A stretch of 64,000 nt of DNA from Candidatus Latescibacterota bacterium. GTDB lineage: Bacteria > Krumholzibacteriota > Krumholzibacteriia > WVZY01. The position numbers and the translations under genes are program-made. The notes below the pieces were generated by a model. That model saw nothing but the letters and a program-made list of their open reading frames with translations. It ran no database searches and was not told the origin of the DNA. Below, one piece after another: positions 31,050-40,843 of this stretch (positions are counted from its first letter, which is position 1; each line of letters starts with the position of its first letter). The stretch lies in contig CAWBQK010000001.1 in NCBI GenBank assembly GCA_963791045.1, positions 1 to 64,000 of the forward strand, given 5' to 3'.

Positions 31050-31835
31050 CTAGGGTTGTTCCGGCAAAATTTCGCGATCGAGAAGGACCTGGCCTCCCGA
31101 TATGACCTTGACCAGAAATGGGGCCGCAGGGTCTTCGTCGAGCTCGAACATGAACTCGTACGTGCCCTCGCCCTTGTTCCGGACTCGGATCTCGCGGTCT
31201 CCGATTGTGACCTGATTCGATGGATGTTCTGACAGTTTGCCTCCGGAAAAGCCCAACGCCTGCCCACCATATCCGAGGATGATTTCGACCTCATCTTCTG
31301 ACTGGATATCGAGATGCGTGAGCAAACGCGTCTTGACGCGTTGCAGAGACATGGCGCCGGTGGCTCCCGGCACACTGATGTTCAAAACGGGATTGGATTG
31401 ATCAACGCTGCTAAAATCGATTGTGCCACGTAACTGTGAAATGTCAAGGGGATCGTTGACGCCGGCTTCGTAAGCCAATAAATGATATCCAATTATGCCA
31501 ACAAACATCCCCATGACCGCCGCTGCGGCCACTTTCAATACGGGCCGCGGCGCGAAGAAATCGCGAATACGGTCCCATGCGGCGATCCGACCCGCCGGCT
31601 GAGGCGCCGGTGGTGTCGCCGCTTCGAGTGAGCGAAGAATGCGCTGTCTAAGCTCTGGAGGCGGGTCGATCTCTCCCACCTGACCGAAGAGCATCGTCAT
31701 CTGACGAAGCTGCTCAAAGTGCTTGAGCGCCTCGTCGTGCGATTCCAGATAGGAGTTTAGTTCCCTTCGATCATTGGGAGAGATCGAGTCGTCTATCTCG
31801 AGCCACATGAGTTCTTCTATTCTTCGTTCGATCAT
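31050..31835 (-). CDS. Single-pass anti-sigma factor
   Basis: N-terminal anti-sigma-like domain (EIDDSIS...YLESH...PPPELRQRIL), one TM helix, directly downstream of the ECF gene. Confidence 0.8.
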   Translation of the reverse strand: MIERRIEELMWLEIDDSISPNDRRELNSYLESHDEALKHFEQLRQMTMLFGQVGEIDPPPELRQRILRSLEAATPPAPQPAGRIAAWDRIRDFFAPRPVLKVAAAAVMGMFVGIIGYHLLAYEAGVNDPLDISQLRGTIDFSSVDQSNPVLNISVPGATGAMSLQRVKTRLLTHLDIQSEDEVEIILGYGGQALGFSGGKLSEHPSNQVTIGDREIRVRNKGEGTYEFMFELDEDPAAPFLVKVISGGQVLLDREILPEQP

Positions 31836-31849
31836 GGCACGATCCTTTG

Positions 31850-32371
31850 TTAACCCACGATGCCTTTACTCTGGAGAATTTCCTTGAGCTGTTGTCTCGC
31901 AGTAAAAAGACGTGATTTGACCGTTTTCTCGGGAACGTTAAGGACTTCCGCGATCTCCTTGTACGAGAAACCCTGGTAGTGCCTCAATGCGACAACGATC
32001 CGGTAATCCGGTTTAAGCATCTTGAGAGCCGCCTGCAGATGCCGTCCCAGCTCACGATCGCGGAACTTCTCCTCGGGGCTCTTCCCCGGAGCCGGAATAT
32101 TGCTGTCGAGCTCGTCAAACCGTTTCCGGTAGTTGACGATATTGAGGGACTCGTTGATGAGGATCCGGTACATCCAGGGGAAAAAGCGGCAGGAGGTATC
32201 GAAGGTGTGAAGCTTTTCATATGCCTTTCACAAAAGCGGACTGGGTGGCATCCATTGCATCTTCGGAGTCACCCAGTACTCTGTACGCGGCGTTAAAAAG
32301 CTTTTTTTCGTACCTTTCCACCAACACTTCGAATGCCTTCCGTTCCCCGCAAGGCAGGCTTGAACAATCAT
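31850..32371 (-). CDS. ECF RNA polymerase sigma factor (SigW-like), frameshifted near 32345 and 32225
   Basis: Reconstructed AFEVLVERYEKKLFNAAYRVLGDSEDAMDATQSAFVKAY...FFPWMYRILIN...GFSYKEIAEVLNVPEKTVKSRLFTAR. Start position is approximate. Confidence 0.85.
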
Positions 32372-32391
32372 CTCATCACGGTCAGTTGCCT

Positions 32392-32421
32392 AAATACCGT
32401 GGATGAGTCGAAAAGTTGGTG
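32392..32421 (-). promoter_or_regulatory. Putative autoregulatory ECF promoter
   Basis: Minus strand CACCAACTTT-N13-GGTATTT immediately upstream of the sigma gene. Confidence 0.65.
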
Positions 32422-32543
32422 AGTATTTTCGAAGAAGTTTGCCGTTTTGTGGGTCCCACGCCTGACCCCCGGAGACAGCCCGAAAGGTTCGCCCCGGCCA
32501 GTCGGCCGGAGGGTGTCGCGGTCGATTTAGAAATGGGTTATGT

Positions 32544-32829
32544 CTATTCGATTTCGAAGATATGGTCAAATCCTGCCATCCGGAAAATCTCCCGTATATG
32601 CCGGTTCATATTCATGAGTTTGAGACTGCTGCCCGTCTCACCAAGCCGTTTCTGGACGTCCAAGCAGCACCCCGAGCCCGGCGCTCGAAATGTATTCCAG
32701 ATCGGCAAAATCGACACGCAGGACTGCCGACACCTTGTTCATGGCCTCACGCGCGACATCGTACCTGCGATGCATCGAGCCTGCCGACCAGTTCGAATCC
32801 GGTCCTCGTGTTTCTCGCACCTCGAACAT
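32544..32829 (-). CDS. STAS-domain anti-sigma antagonist, frameshifted
   Basis: LVGRLDA, VDFADLEYISSAGLGVLL and IREIFRMAGFDHIFEIE* spread over different frames. Confidence 0.8.
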
Positions 32830-32830
32830 G

Positions 32831-33239
32831 TTATCGCCCCAGCTCCTTCATGATCGTGACTTGCATATGCCGGTCCTTGTACTCGTAGGTGATTTTGTCC
32901 ACGATCGACTTGACGAGATGTAATCCAAGCCCCCCGACCTTCCGTTCCTCGATCGGCTGGTCCGTCGTCCACATCGGGAATCCGCGATGGATCAAAAGGG
33001 TCGACATCCTCATCCACCAACTTGATGACGTAGCTGGCCGTCACTCGGGATCCATCTGGATCCCGATGGGATGTCCGGCCCCAGTGTTATGCCGGACCAT
33101 ATTGGTAAACAGTTCTTCCATGGCAAGGTTGATCGAATACGCCAGCGATTCATCGATCTTGCTGGTCCGTCAAGAATTGACCGATATATTCGAAAATCCC
33201 ATCAAGAGATTTGAAATCTCGTTGGAATGTTTTTTCCAT
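32831..33239 (-). CDS. RsbW-like HATPase anti-sigma kinase, frameshifted
   Basis: INLAMEELFTNMVRH, DVDPFDP and ERKVGGLGLHLVKSIVD spread over different frames. Confidence 0.8.
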
Positions 33240-33379
33240 TTCCACTGCACCACCTTGGAGCCATCATATACGCAGACCTGGACGCCGCAAGTGTCAATTA
33301 CACGCCATCCTCGCGGATAACCCGCAGCCCAGTCACTGGACGGGCTAAAAGCCCGGGAAAAGAACGGAAACCACGAGGG

Positions 33380-35197
33380 CTATTCTCTTGTATCGGAGTC
33401 TGAAGATTCGGTACTGAGAGGAACAAGGACATCACGGGGGAGCTGCACCGGTTGCTCGGATGTCCGGGAGATCAACACACAATTGACTGCCTCGAAGGAA
33501 GTTCCTGATTTCACCGATCCTGACAGCGTCCAATTCCGGCGTTCATTTTCCAGAACGGTCGATGGATCGGCCAACACATCGGAAAGTCTGAACTGGAGGA
33601 CGAGGTCCTGAAAACCGTCACCGCCCTCGTTCGAACAATCACAATCCCCGCCTGTACCCGGCCGGCTCACATCGCGGTACTGCACCCTCGTCGGGGCGGC
33701 ATCTTCAAGGTAAAGCGACGTCACATCGATGTCGCTGACATCGAAGTCTTCCCCGCCGACAACGGCAACCGTCACCAGGTCCTGAATACCCAATTCGACG
33801 GCGTTCGGACACACACCGGGGGCGATGTCAAAAAACACATCGAGCGTCACATCGACCCATTCGTGTATCACGACGTTCGAACCCGCCGTGGCGCCGTCAT
33901 CATGATCGTCACCAATCACCGCAATGAGAAGGTCGCGCCCCGCGTTATTGCCGCGGTACAAAAACACGGCGTGGCCGGTCGAGTCGGTTCGAGCCTTCGA
34001 CACGACGCCGGAGTGCGGCCCCGATACGATCTTGAGAGCCACATCGACGTCGACTACGGGGACGCCATGATCCTGGACGACGGCCTTGATTTCACACGGC
34101 GAACCGACCTGGGTCTGCCCCGCCGATGCCGACAAAACGAACCCGTCTGGAGCAAGACCGTCGGCCACCGGCGCGGCTGCCACCACACCACGAGCACCGC
34201 GGCCGCCAATGAACGAGGCAAAGAACAGATTTTCCTCGTTGGATTGTGTCGCTGTATTTATTGAAATCCTGGAATCGCCCGGCGAAACGAACGGCCGCAG
34301 GTCATAATACTCATCATCGCTCGCCATGTTTGTGGGCACCGCGTACGCATCGACCGGATTTGCCGGAGAATCGTCGATGCCGCCGATACTTAGCAATCCG
34401 CCTGACGCGGGCGATCCGTCGTCGGGCCCTCCGGCGGACGTCGTCAAACGCTCACCGTTGACCTGGATGATCGTGTACTGATCGGTCCCACCGCTCGACT
34501 GCAGGCTGAAAGTGATTCCAACCCCGAGTTCATAACGCATCGATGCCAGATCCGCGGGAACCGGGCTGGAAAGATTGATTTTGAAGCTATCTTGCCTCGC
34601 CGACTGGGCGCCAAAATAGAGCGCCACATCGTTGTCCGGATAGGCGTCGGGGTCATCGAAAACCACGGCCAGAATAACCCCGTCGATGAGGTCGCTCTGG
34701 TCCTCCCACACATCGACGGGCACGCGCCCGGCGGGCGCGGCGTCGATCTCGCCCTTGATGAGCCGTGTCACGTCGGCCACGGCATTCCATGATCCGACGG
34801 CATTTGGAACCGTACGATCCCAGGCGACATGGTGACCGTCGATACGTATCTCACCGTCCGTGATTTGATGGGAAAAATTACCCGACGCGGCCGCCGCCAA
34901 AAAAACCTTGCGTACTACGCCGCGGGCCGGCTTGTCGACCTCAATGGTGCCAAACGACAGTTCGGTGCCTATGCCGTTTACCGACACGCTCAAAGGGCCT
35001 GTCGCGGCAAAGATCGTCTCCAGGCTCTGGGAAAAACGAACGGTCTGGTTCGACCGATCGGATGCGCCGGGTGGTTTTGTCGGCTGGGTGCGCTTCTTCG
35101 GTTTATATTTTACGCCGTTAGCAGGGGTTACAAACGCGGCGCAAACGAGGACCAGAACAAGGGAGCGCACCACGCAACGAAAGAGGGTTCGTATCAT
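33380..35197 (-). CDS. Secreted multidomain protein with an Ig-like (Big-1-like) domain and a C-terminal DIAPGVCPN module
   Basis: GAGGAG RBS and signal peptide; VSGPHSG...TDSTGHAVFLY; FDIAPGVCPN...CDCSNEGGDGFQD. Confidence 0.75.
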   Translation of the reverse strand: MIRTLFRCVVRSLVLVLVCAAFVTPANGVKYKPKKRTQPTKPPGASDRSNQTVRFSQSLETIFAATGPLSVSVNGIGTELSFGTIEVDKPARGVVRKVFLAAAASGNFSHQITDGEIRIDGHHVAWDRTVPNAVGSWNAVADVTRLIKGEIDAAPAGRVPVDVWEDQSDLIDGVILAVVFDDPDAYPDNDVALYFGAQSARQDSFKINLSSPVPADLASMRYELGVGITFSLQSSGGTDQYTIIQVNGERLTTSAGGPDDGSPASGGLLSIGGIDDSPANPVDAYAVPTNMASDDEYYDLRPFVSPGDSRISINTATQSNEENLFFASFIGGRGARGVVAAAPVADGLAPDGFVLSASAGQTQVGSPCEIKAVVQDHGVPVVDVDVALKIVSGPHSGVVSKARTDSTGHAVFLYRGNNAGRDLLIAVIGDDHDDGATAGSNVVIHEWVDVTLDVFFDIAPGVCPNAVELGIQDLVTVAVVGGEDFDVSDIDVTSLYLEDAAPTRVQYRDVSRPGTGGDCDCSNEGGDGFQDLVLQFRLSDVLADPSTVLENERRNWTLSGSVKSGTSFEAVNCVLISRTSEQPVQLPRDVLVPLSTESSDSDTRE

Positions 35198-35320
35198 GGT
35201 TCTCCTCAAGGGGCAATTGCCTTTCTTTAAGTAAATTATAATGTTACAGCGCTTGTAAGTCAAATTCAAACCCCGGAGGCCGGTCGTGGGTGGGTGGGAT
35301 CGGCTCCCAACAAAAAGCAC

Positions 35321-35361
35321 AAAGCCCCTCCGGTCAATCAAGGCCGGAGGGGCTCTTTTTC
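35321..35361. terminator. Intrinsic terminator
   Basis: AAAGCCCCTCCGGTC...GGCCGGAGGGGCTCTTTTT hairpin. Confidence 0.7.
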
Positions 35362-35412
35362 AATCCAATCAGTTATGTCGTCAACCGCCGGCGGCGGTCA
35401 CTCGAACCCTCG

Positions 35413-36972
35413 CTAGAGGGAGAAATCCTTTACCAGGTACAACTCGAGGAAATTCGAGTCGTATTCGTCGATCGCCATCTGGAAATCCCTGTAATCGTAA
35501 CGCGCATACTTCGCCTCGACGCCAAAGCCCCGTGCGAACATATATTCGAGCCCGATATCGAAGCTGTATTTCTCGATATTGAGGTCGCGCTTGCTTCTAT
35601 AATAGACGCCGCCGAGAGACAGTGTCGCCCCGTGGTACGCCGCCGGGATTACCCGCGCCGTAATCACGTAGTCGGAGAACGCCGCACTGCCGTCGAGATT
35701 CTCGTATTTTCCGAGATAGTACGCGTAGCTCAAAACCAACCCGCCAAACCGCTCTTTGTCGATGCTGTACTCCGCCGAGAACATATCGTAGTCGACGCGC
35801 GTGCCAAGCTCTTCCCGCTTGCGCTCGCGCCCCTGATAGAGCGCCGACAGCGAACCGAATCGATCGAGACGGTATTTTGCCGTCAGCTGATAGCGAGTGT
35901 AGTCCTCGTCACCGATGAGAGTCGACGATTTATCATCCTTGTCGTTGCGCATCCCGCCCAACGCGCGGAGGAACAAACGGCCATCGTGATTGAACCATGC
36001 GTTGAAAAGAAAACCGTTAGATTTGCGTCTATCGATTTTGTCGCTCGTCCAGCGGTTGTCGTACCCAACCCTTAGACCGCCCCTCTTGTTCCAGCTCTTG
36101 GTCAGAGAAACCGTGTTGAACACGTTCTCGGTTCCACGGTCGGTGATGCTGTGCTTGGTATAACCATACACGAACCGATAATCGAGAAGGAATTGTTCGG
36201 GCAAATAAAGCTTCGCCGCGCCCCACGGCAAATGGGTGTAAAGCTTGACATCCGAATCGTTCACCTCATCTTCACGATAACTGTAGCCACCCGAGACCAC
36301 GAGCTGCTCAAATCTTGGCGTCGGAATGGTCCCTCTCAGACGAACCTCGTCGCCCTTGCGATCTCTGTCGTCGTGGAGGTAATCCTGGAAACCGTAAGAC
36401 TTGTACTCGAGCAGCAGAGTTCCGCCGTAGTGAAACGACTGGGCGCCGATAGTGAGCGCGCCGCGTTTGAAATCGGACGCCACAACGGTCGGATCTGTGG
36501 GATCGTATTCGGTATAGGTTTCGCCCTTTTTGTCGATGTGGTCAAACCCAGCATACAACTTGAGCTGCTCCACCGGCGTAATCGACAGGCGACCGCCCCA
36601 CGACGTTCTCCTGGTGGCGTTTCGTCCCTCGGACTCGTAAATTCTCCGGTACTTGTTGTCGTACAACGAGAACGAAAAGCTTTTTGCCTTCGAGAAAGAC
36701 ATTCGCGAATTCCTGTTCTCGCGCGCAACGTTCGTCAGATCCGCGGTGACCCGCAGACCGTTATCCATCGTGTAGAAGAAATTCTGAAGCGAGAACGCCG
36801 TTCCCTCGTAAAGGTTGTGTGTTTCCTGGAAAACGGCACGGTTCCCGTTCTCGTCCAGGAAGTTATAACCAAGTTTTGCACGGCCGCTGCCCTCGTCTGC
36901 GAGGACCTGTGCTGCGGCCGCGAGAAAAAGCGCCATCGCTATAAAAAACACAGTGTATTTTTTCCGCCGCAT
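35413..36972 (-). CDS. Outer-membrane beta-barrel, MtrB/PioB-like porin partner
   Basis: Signal peptide and Tyr-rich amphipathic strands; lies directly downstream of the multiheme cytochrome. Confidence 0.7.
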   Translation of the reverse strand: MRRKKYTVFFIAMALFLAAAAQVLADEGSGRAKLGYNFLDENGNRAVFQETHNLYEGTAFSLQNFFYTMDNGLRVTADLTNVARENRNSRMSFSKAKSFSFSLYDNKYRRIYESEGRNATRRTSWGGRLSITPVEQLKLYAGFDHIDKKGETYTEYDPTDPTVVASDFKRGALTIGAQSFHYGGTLLLEYKSYGFQDYLHDDRDRKGDEVRLRGTIPTPRFEQLVVSGGYSYREDEVNDSDVKLYTHLPWGAAKLYLPEQFLLDYRFVYGYTKHSITDRGTENVFNTVSLTKSWNKRGGLRVGYDNRWTSDKIDRRKSNGFLFNAWFNHDGRLFLRALGGMRNDKDDKSSTLIGDEDYTRYQLTAKYRLDRFGSLSALYQGRERKREELGTRVDYDMFSAEYSIDKERFGGLVLSYAYYLGKYENLDGSAAFSDYVITARVIPAAYHGATLSLGGVYYRSKRDLNIEKYSFDIGLEYMFARGFGVEAKYARYDYRDFQMAIDEYDSNFLELYLVKDFSL

Positions 36973-36983
36973 AGTAAACCTCG

Positions 36984-37931
36984 CTACCTGACTAGGGTGT
37001 GACAGCCGCTCTGATAACAATCCAGCCCGTACTTCGCGGGAAGATCCGGATCGAGATAGAAGTTACTGTTGAACGATCCATGCGTATCAACGTGACAGTA
37101 TTCGCATGAGACGTTCGCGTATGCGCCGCCGTGCGCTGTATTGTGCTTTGCGGGGTAATGACACTGGGTACAAATTTTGTTTCCGGGCTGCCTGAGGAGC
37201 CGGTCTTGCTCGCTGCCGTGCGGTTTGTGACAGTCGAGGCAGCCGGTGCCGCTCTGAGCGGAGTAGGCGTTTACCGCCTGGTGTTCGTAAAGGAACGGGC
37301 CTCCCTGCTCGGGGTGACAGTCGCGGCAGTGCTGCTGCAGATCGTACATGACCGCCTGGTCATCGCGTTTGACGAAGCTGTGGCAGTCCAGGCACGTCAA
37401 TGCTTTCTGCAGAACTGGATGATTCGAACGCCTGCGAAACTGATCGCGGGTTGACGCGTGGCACTTGAAACAGAACTCCATGTCACGATCGAGAAGGAGC
37501 TTTGCATCGTTTGTGTGCACTTTGTGGCACGACATACAGCTCAGTTCGGCGCTCGAGTGTGCGTCATAACCGTAATTGTCGAGATCGCTGTGACCCTCGT
37601 GGCACTGTGTACAAATATCTATCGCGCTCTTGCCCGTATAATCCGCCGGGTTGGTAATGGTCTCCTTCGAGGGATCGTCCAGGTGCCCCGCGGCGCCCTG
37701 GTGGCAAATCGCGCACGCCACGACCGTTCCCGGGTCCTTGATCTCGGAACTCAGGCGATGGGCCGTCGCCTTGAGCGAGAGGTTGTAATCTTCGTGACAG
37801 TCGAGACAGGTCTCGTCATCAACGTCCACATCCTTTGTCAGGGTCGCAGACGGAAATGCAAAAACAATGATGACGAGCAACGCGAAGCCCAATCCCAACA
37901 GCCACCGGCTGTTTGATGTCCGCATTCTCAC
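36984..37931 (-). CDS. DmsE/MtrA-family decaheme c-type cytochrome
   Basis: Ten CxxCH motifs plus a terminal CYQSGCH; GPFLYEH and CHKPHGS motifs. Confidence 0.9.
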   Translation of the reverse strand: MRMRTSNSRWLLGLGFALLVIIVFAFPSATLTKDVDVDDETCLDCHEDYNLSLKATAHRLSSEIKDPGTVVACAICHQGAAGHLDDPSKETITNPADYTGKSAIDICTQCHEGHSDLDNYGYDAHSSAELSCMSCHKVHTNDAKLLLDRDMEFCFKCHASTRDQFRRRSNHPVLQKALTCLDCHSFVKRDDQAVMYDLQQHCRDCHPEQGGPFLYEHQAVNAYSAQSGTGCLDCHKPHGSEQDRLLRQPGNKICTQCHYPAKHNTAHGGAYANVSCEYCHVDTHGSFNSNFYLDPDLPAKYGLDCYQSGCHTLVR

Positions 37932-38313
37932 CTCCGAGGTTGACGACAGGTAACTGATTGTGAAAAGGGTAGCAATTTGCGTAACTGCGTCAACTGTTTT
38001 TTTTTCTATATATTAGGAAGATTGAACAACTTGGTCTCGACGCCCTTCAGCGCGTGGCGTTTTGATCAACTTGAACAACAATAGCGGGAATTAAGCGAGC
38101 GGGGTTCCAACAACGGAACCCCACCCTTAAAACTTGTCTTTGCCGGTGGTCGCGACTGTTTCTGTAACACTCTTTGTCCAGGAAGGCAGATCCCACGCAG
38201 TGGGACCCGCCTTCCCTTCGGGACGACGACCTCTTCCTGGTTCGCCGGCCTTTCAACGAGAGACTAGAGCCGACCGATACCAGGTCCGGACCGGTCGCGA
38301 CCACACAAATTCA

Positions 38314-39078
38314 TCAACGCTCGTACAAGGATTTTACCTTGCCGAACGTGGCTTTCTGTACGTTGCCGTTCGTGGGTTCGATCTTGAAGTTGTCCTTGCC
38401 GTCACCCGGGCCCCCGTAACTGCAATCGTCTCCCACCCAGGGGATACTCCCCATCGACCCGCACGTCCCGGGCGCACTCTCGGGCAAGGGCGGAAGGTAC
38501 ACCGTCAAGGCGCCGCTCGTGGCGAAGCCGACATAGTTGACCTCCGTGTATACCTTCGCCACACCCTGGCATGGCGTAATGACGGACACCACCCATTCAT
38601 CCAACCCCTGCTGGATATGGTAGAATTCCATCGTATAACGGCTGTACAGTTCGACGGTGAACGAGTAACCCTCGACGGGCTTGACCCAACCGACCACCCG
38701 ACAACATTGGTCCTCTCCGATTTGAACCCCGAATTCATTCTTGAGCTGGACCATCACCTGTCCCCAGTCGATCCCCTCAAGGTTGCCCATCTCGAGCCTC
38801 CATCGGATTGGACGTTCGCCGGTACAATCCACACAAGGGTCCGACGCCGCGGGACTGACATTCCTGATGTCTTCCGGCCACACGGGCTCCTCGTAAAAAT
38901 GTTTCCTGTCTCCCGGCGGCCATTTCACATCAACCGTGGCCATCACAGGATCGGATTTCAAGTACCAGCCCAAGACGCTCTTACCTACGGGCGTGATCGT
39001 AACATCTGCCTGAGCTGGCACGGCGATTACCGCCACCGCCAACACAATAATACCCGCCAGGATACGTGTACCCCACAT
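38314..39078 (-). CDS. Secreted hypothetical protein with TFGKVKSLY tail
   Basis: GGAGG RBS, signal peptide, Cys-rich, ends VQKATFGKVKSLYER. Confidence 0.8.
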   Translation of the reverse strand: MWGTRILAGIIVLAVAVIAVPAQADVTITPVGKSVLGWYLKSDPVMATVDVKWPPGDRKHFYEEPVWPEDIRNVSPAASDPCVDCTGERPIRWRLEMGNLEGIDWGQVMVQLKNEFGVQIGEDQCCRVVGWVKPVEGYSFTVELYSRYTMEFYHIQQGLDEWVVSVITPCQGVAKVYTEVNYVGFATSGALTVYLPPLPESAPGTCGSMGSIPWVGDDCSYGGPGDGKDNFKIEPTNGNVQKATFGKVKSLYER

Positions 39079-39413
39079 ACCGACACCTCCTATAAAGGTC
39101 GGCTACAAAAAGGACCTATAATTTAGTGCGGATGTATTGAGCTTGTTGCAGTATGGCGAGATGCTTTGAACTCGATGCGAACTTGCGAGCTGTGTCTATA
39201 GAGGAAGGTGGGAAACCTCACTTACCGCTGCCTAAGCAGGGGAATTTAGCCTCAAAGTTAGGCTGCGTACTTTATAGTTTAACCAATTTGTTAACGATGT
39301 AAAGGCACTTTTTTATTGATTTTTGTCAGTTTTGTTAATGCGCTCATGAACACGAACCATGCCGCGCTGTCTCGCGACTCCGCGCGCATTTATGGTGATC
39401 GCGCAACACGTTG

Positions 39414-40829
39414 TTATTTCAAAAGTATCATCTTTTGCGTCAAACGAACTCCGCCCACATCCAATCTCGCGATGTAAACACCGGAAGATACAAACACTCC
39501 ATTTTTGTTGCGGCCGTCCCAGGCCGTCACGTTTAATCCGCCGGATCGCGGCTCGTCGATCAAAGTTTTGACGTGGCGTCCCAGCACATCGAAGACCGAA
39601 AGTCTGACATGCGACGACCTCTCCAGCGTGAATGGAATCGATGTCGAAGGGTTGAACGGGTTGGGTAGTTCCGGCCGAAAGAGGCAACGGCCGGTGCATC
39701 GCCCGCCACACCCGTTTGGACCGTCACACTAAATGCAATATCGAAAGGAGGAAGCCCGACTCCAACCGGGTCGGTCGTGATTTGGGTGTCGTCACCGATA
39801 TCAAAAATCCGAATTCCCGGTAGCGTCGGCGTTCTGTCCGCGACAAACAATTCCCCATCGGGTGAGAGTTCGACATCGTTCAATACGTAGTCGCCCGGCG
39901 CGTAAAGCGTGCCCGTCTTCGTCCCCGTCGAAGGATCGAATGAAATCAGTACCGTGTAAAAGTCGCCGTCGGTGACGATTGCATAGCCCTTGTTTTCGGA
40001 TACGATGACAAAGTCGTTTATGTCTCCCCCCGCGGCGGTTTCGGTGATCACAAATCCTTCCGTTTCAAAGGAGACTGGATCGATGACCTCGATCCCACCA
40101 TCGGAGATTCCCCAAAATCCGACGCAGGACACATAGAGTTTGCCCGTCCACGGATGCAAACGAATGTCCGAAGCGGGGTTGGAGCCGACAAGAGCGATCG
40201 ACTGGCCGCCGGGTGTGACCGAGTCGGTATCGACGAGCGTGTCCGCCTCCATGTCGACAACGGCGACATAGCTCGTTCCCACAGGACCCCAGGTTGTGGC
40301 GCGGTCGAGCCTTTGCACCGTCACAAAAAGGTGATTGCCCACACGGACCATCTGGTCCATCTCCGGTGTGCCGTCGGCGTCGGAAAACCCCGACAGATCG
40401 ATCGATCCCGTATTGGACCCGTTCGATGGATCGACAATCCAGAGGTCGGTCGTATTGTACCGGGTGACATACGCCTTTGTGTTATCAACCACGAATATGT
40501 CGTGCGGATCGGAGAACGTCCCCACCGTGAACTGCAGTACCGTCGAGAAATTGTCTTCGGGGTCGAGAATCTGGATATTGTCACCGCCGAAACGGTTGAC
40601 GACATATATCAGACCCGAGAAATACCGTGACACCGCGTCGCTGTGCACACCGGCCACGTTTGTTTGCGTCGAATAGGCGCCGTCGAGTTCGACCACCGAG
40701 GATGCCCCGGTTATGAAATCCGTCGTGGTGACAAACGCGAAGTCGTTCGCGCCAGCGGATACCGCCGGCACAAACCACAATCAGCACACCCGCCGCCACT
40801 CGCCATGAATTTCTCCACATCGACCTCAT
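39414..40829 (-). CDS. YncE/BtuG-like beta-propeller with FlgD-Ig C-terminal domain, frameshifted near 40780 and 39664
   Basis: IYVVNRFGGDNIQILDP, PHDIFVV...KAYVTRY. Restoring one base gives NYPNPFNP...VSSGVYIARL...KMILLK*. Confidence 0.75.
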
Positions 40830-40843
40830 GCGCCGGACACTCC

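Noticed and set aside
32200-33239. Programmed frameshifting or phase variation in the sigma, STAS and kinase genes
   Set aside because: There are several indels per gene with no long slippery tracts, and the same pattern appears in unrelated genes, so error is more parsimonious.
39190-39270. Possible riboswitch upstream of 38314-39078
   Set aside because: Only short hairpins and a partial GGCAGCGG resemblance; no convincing aptamer consensus.
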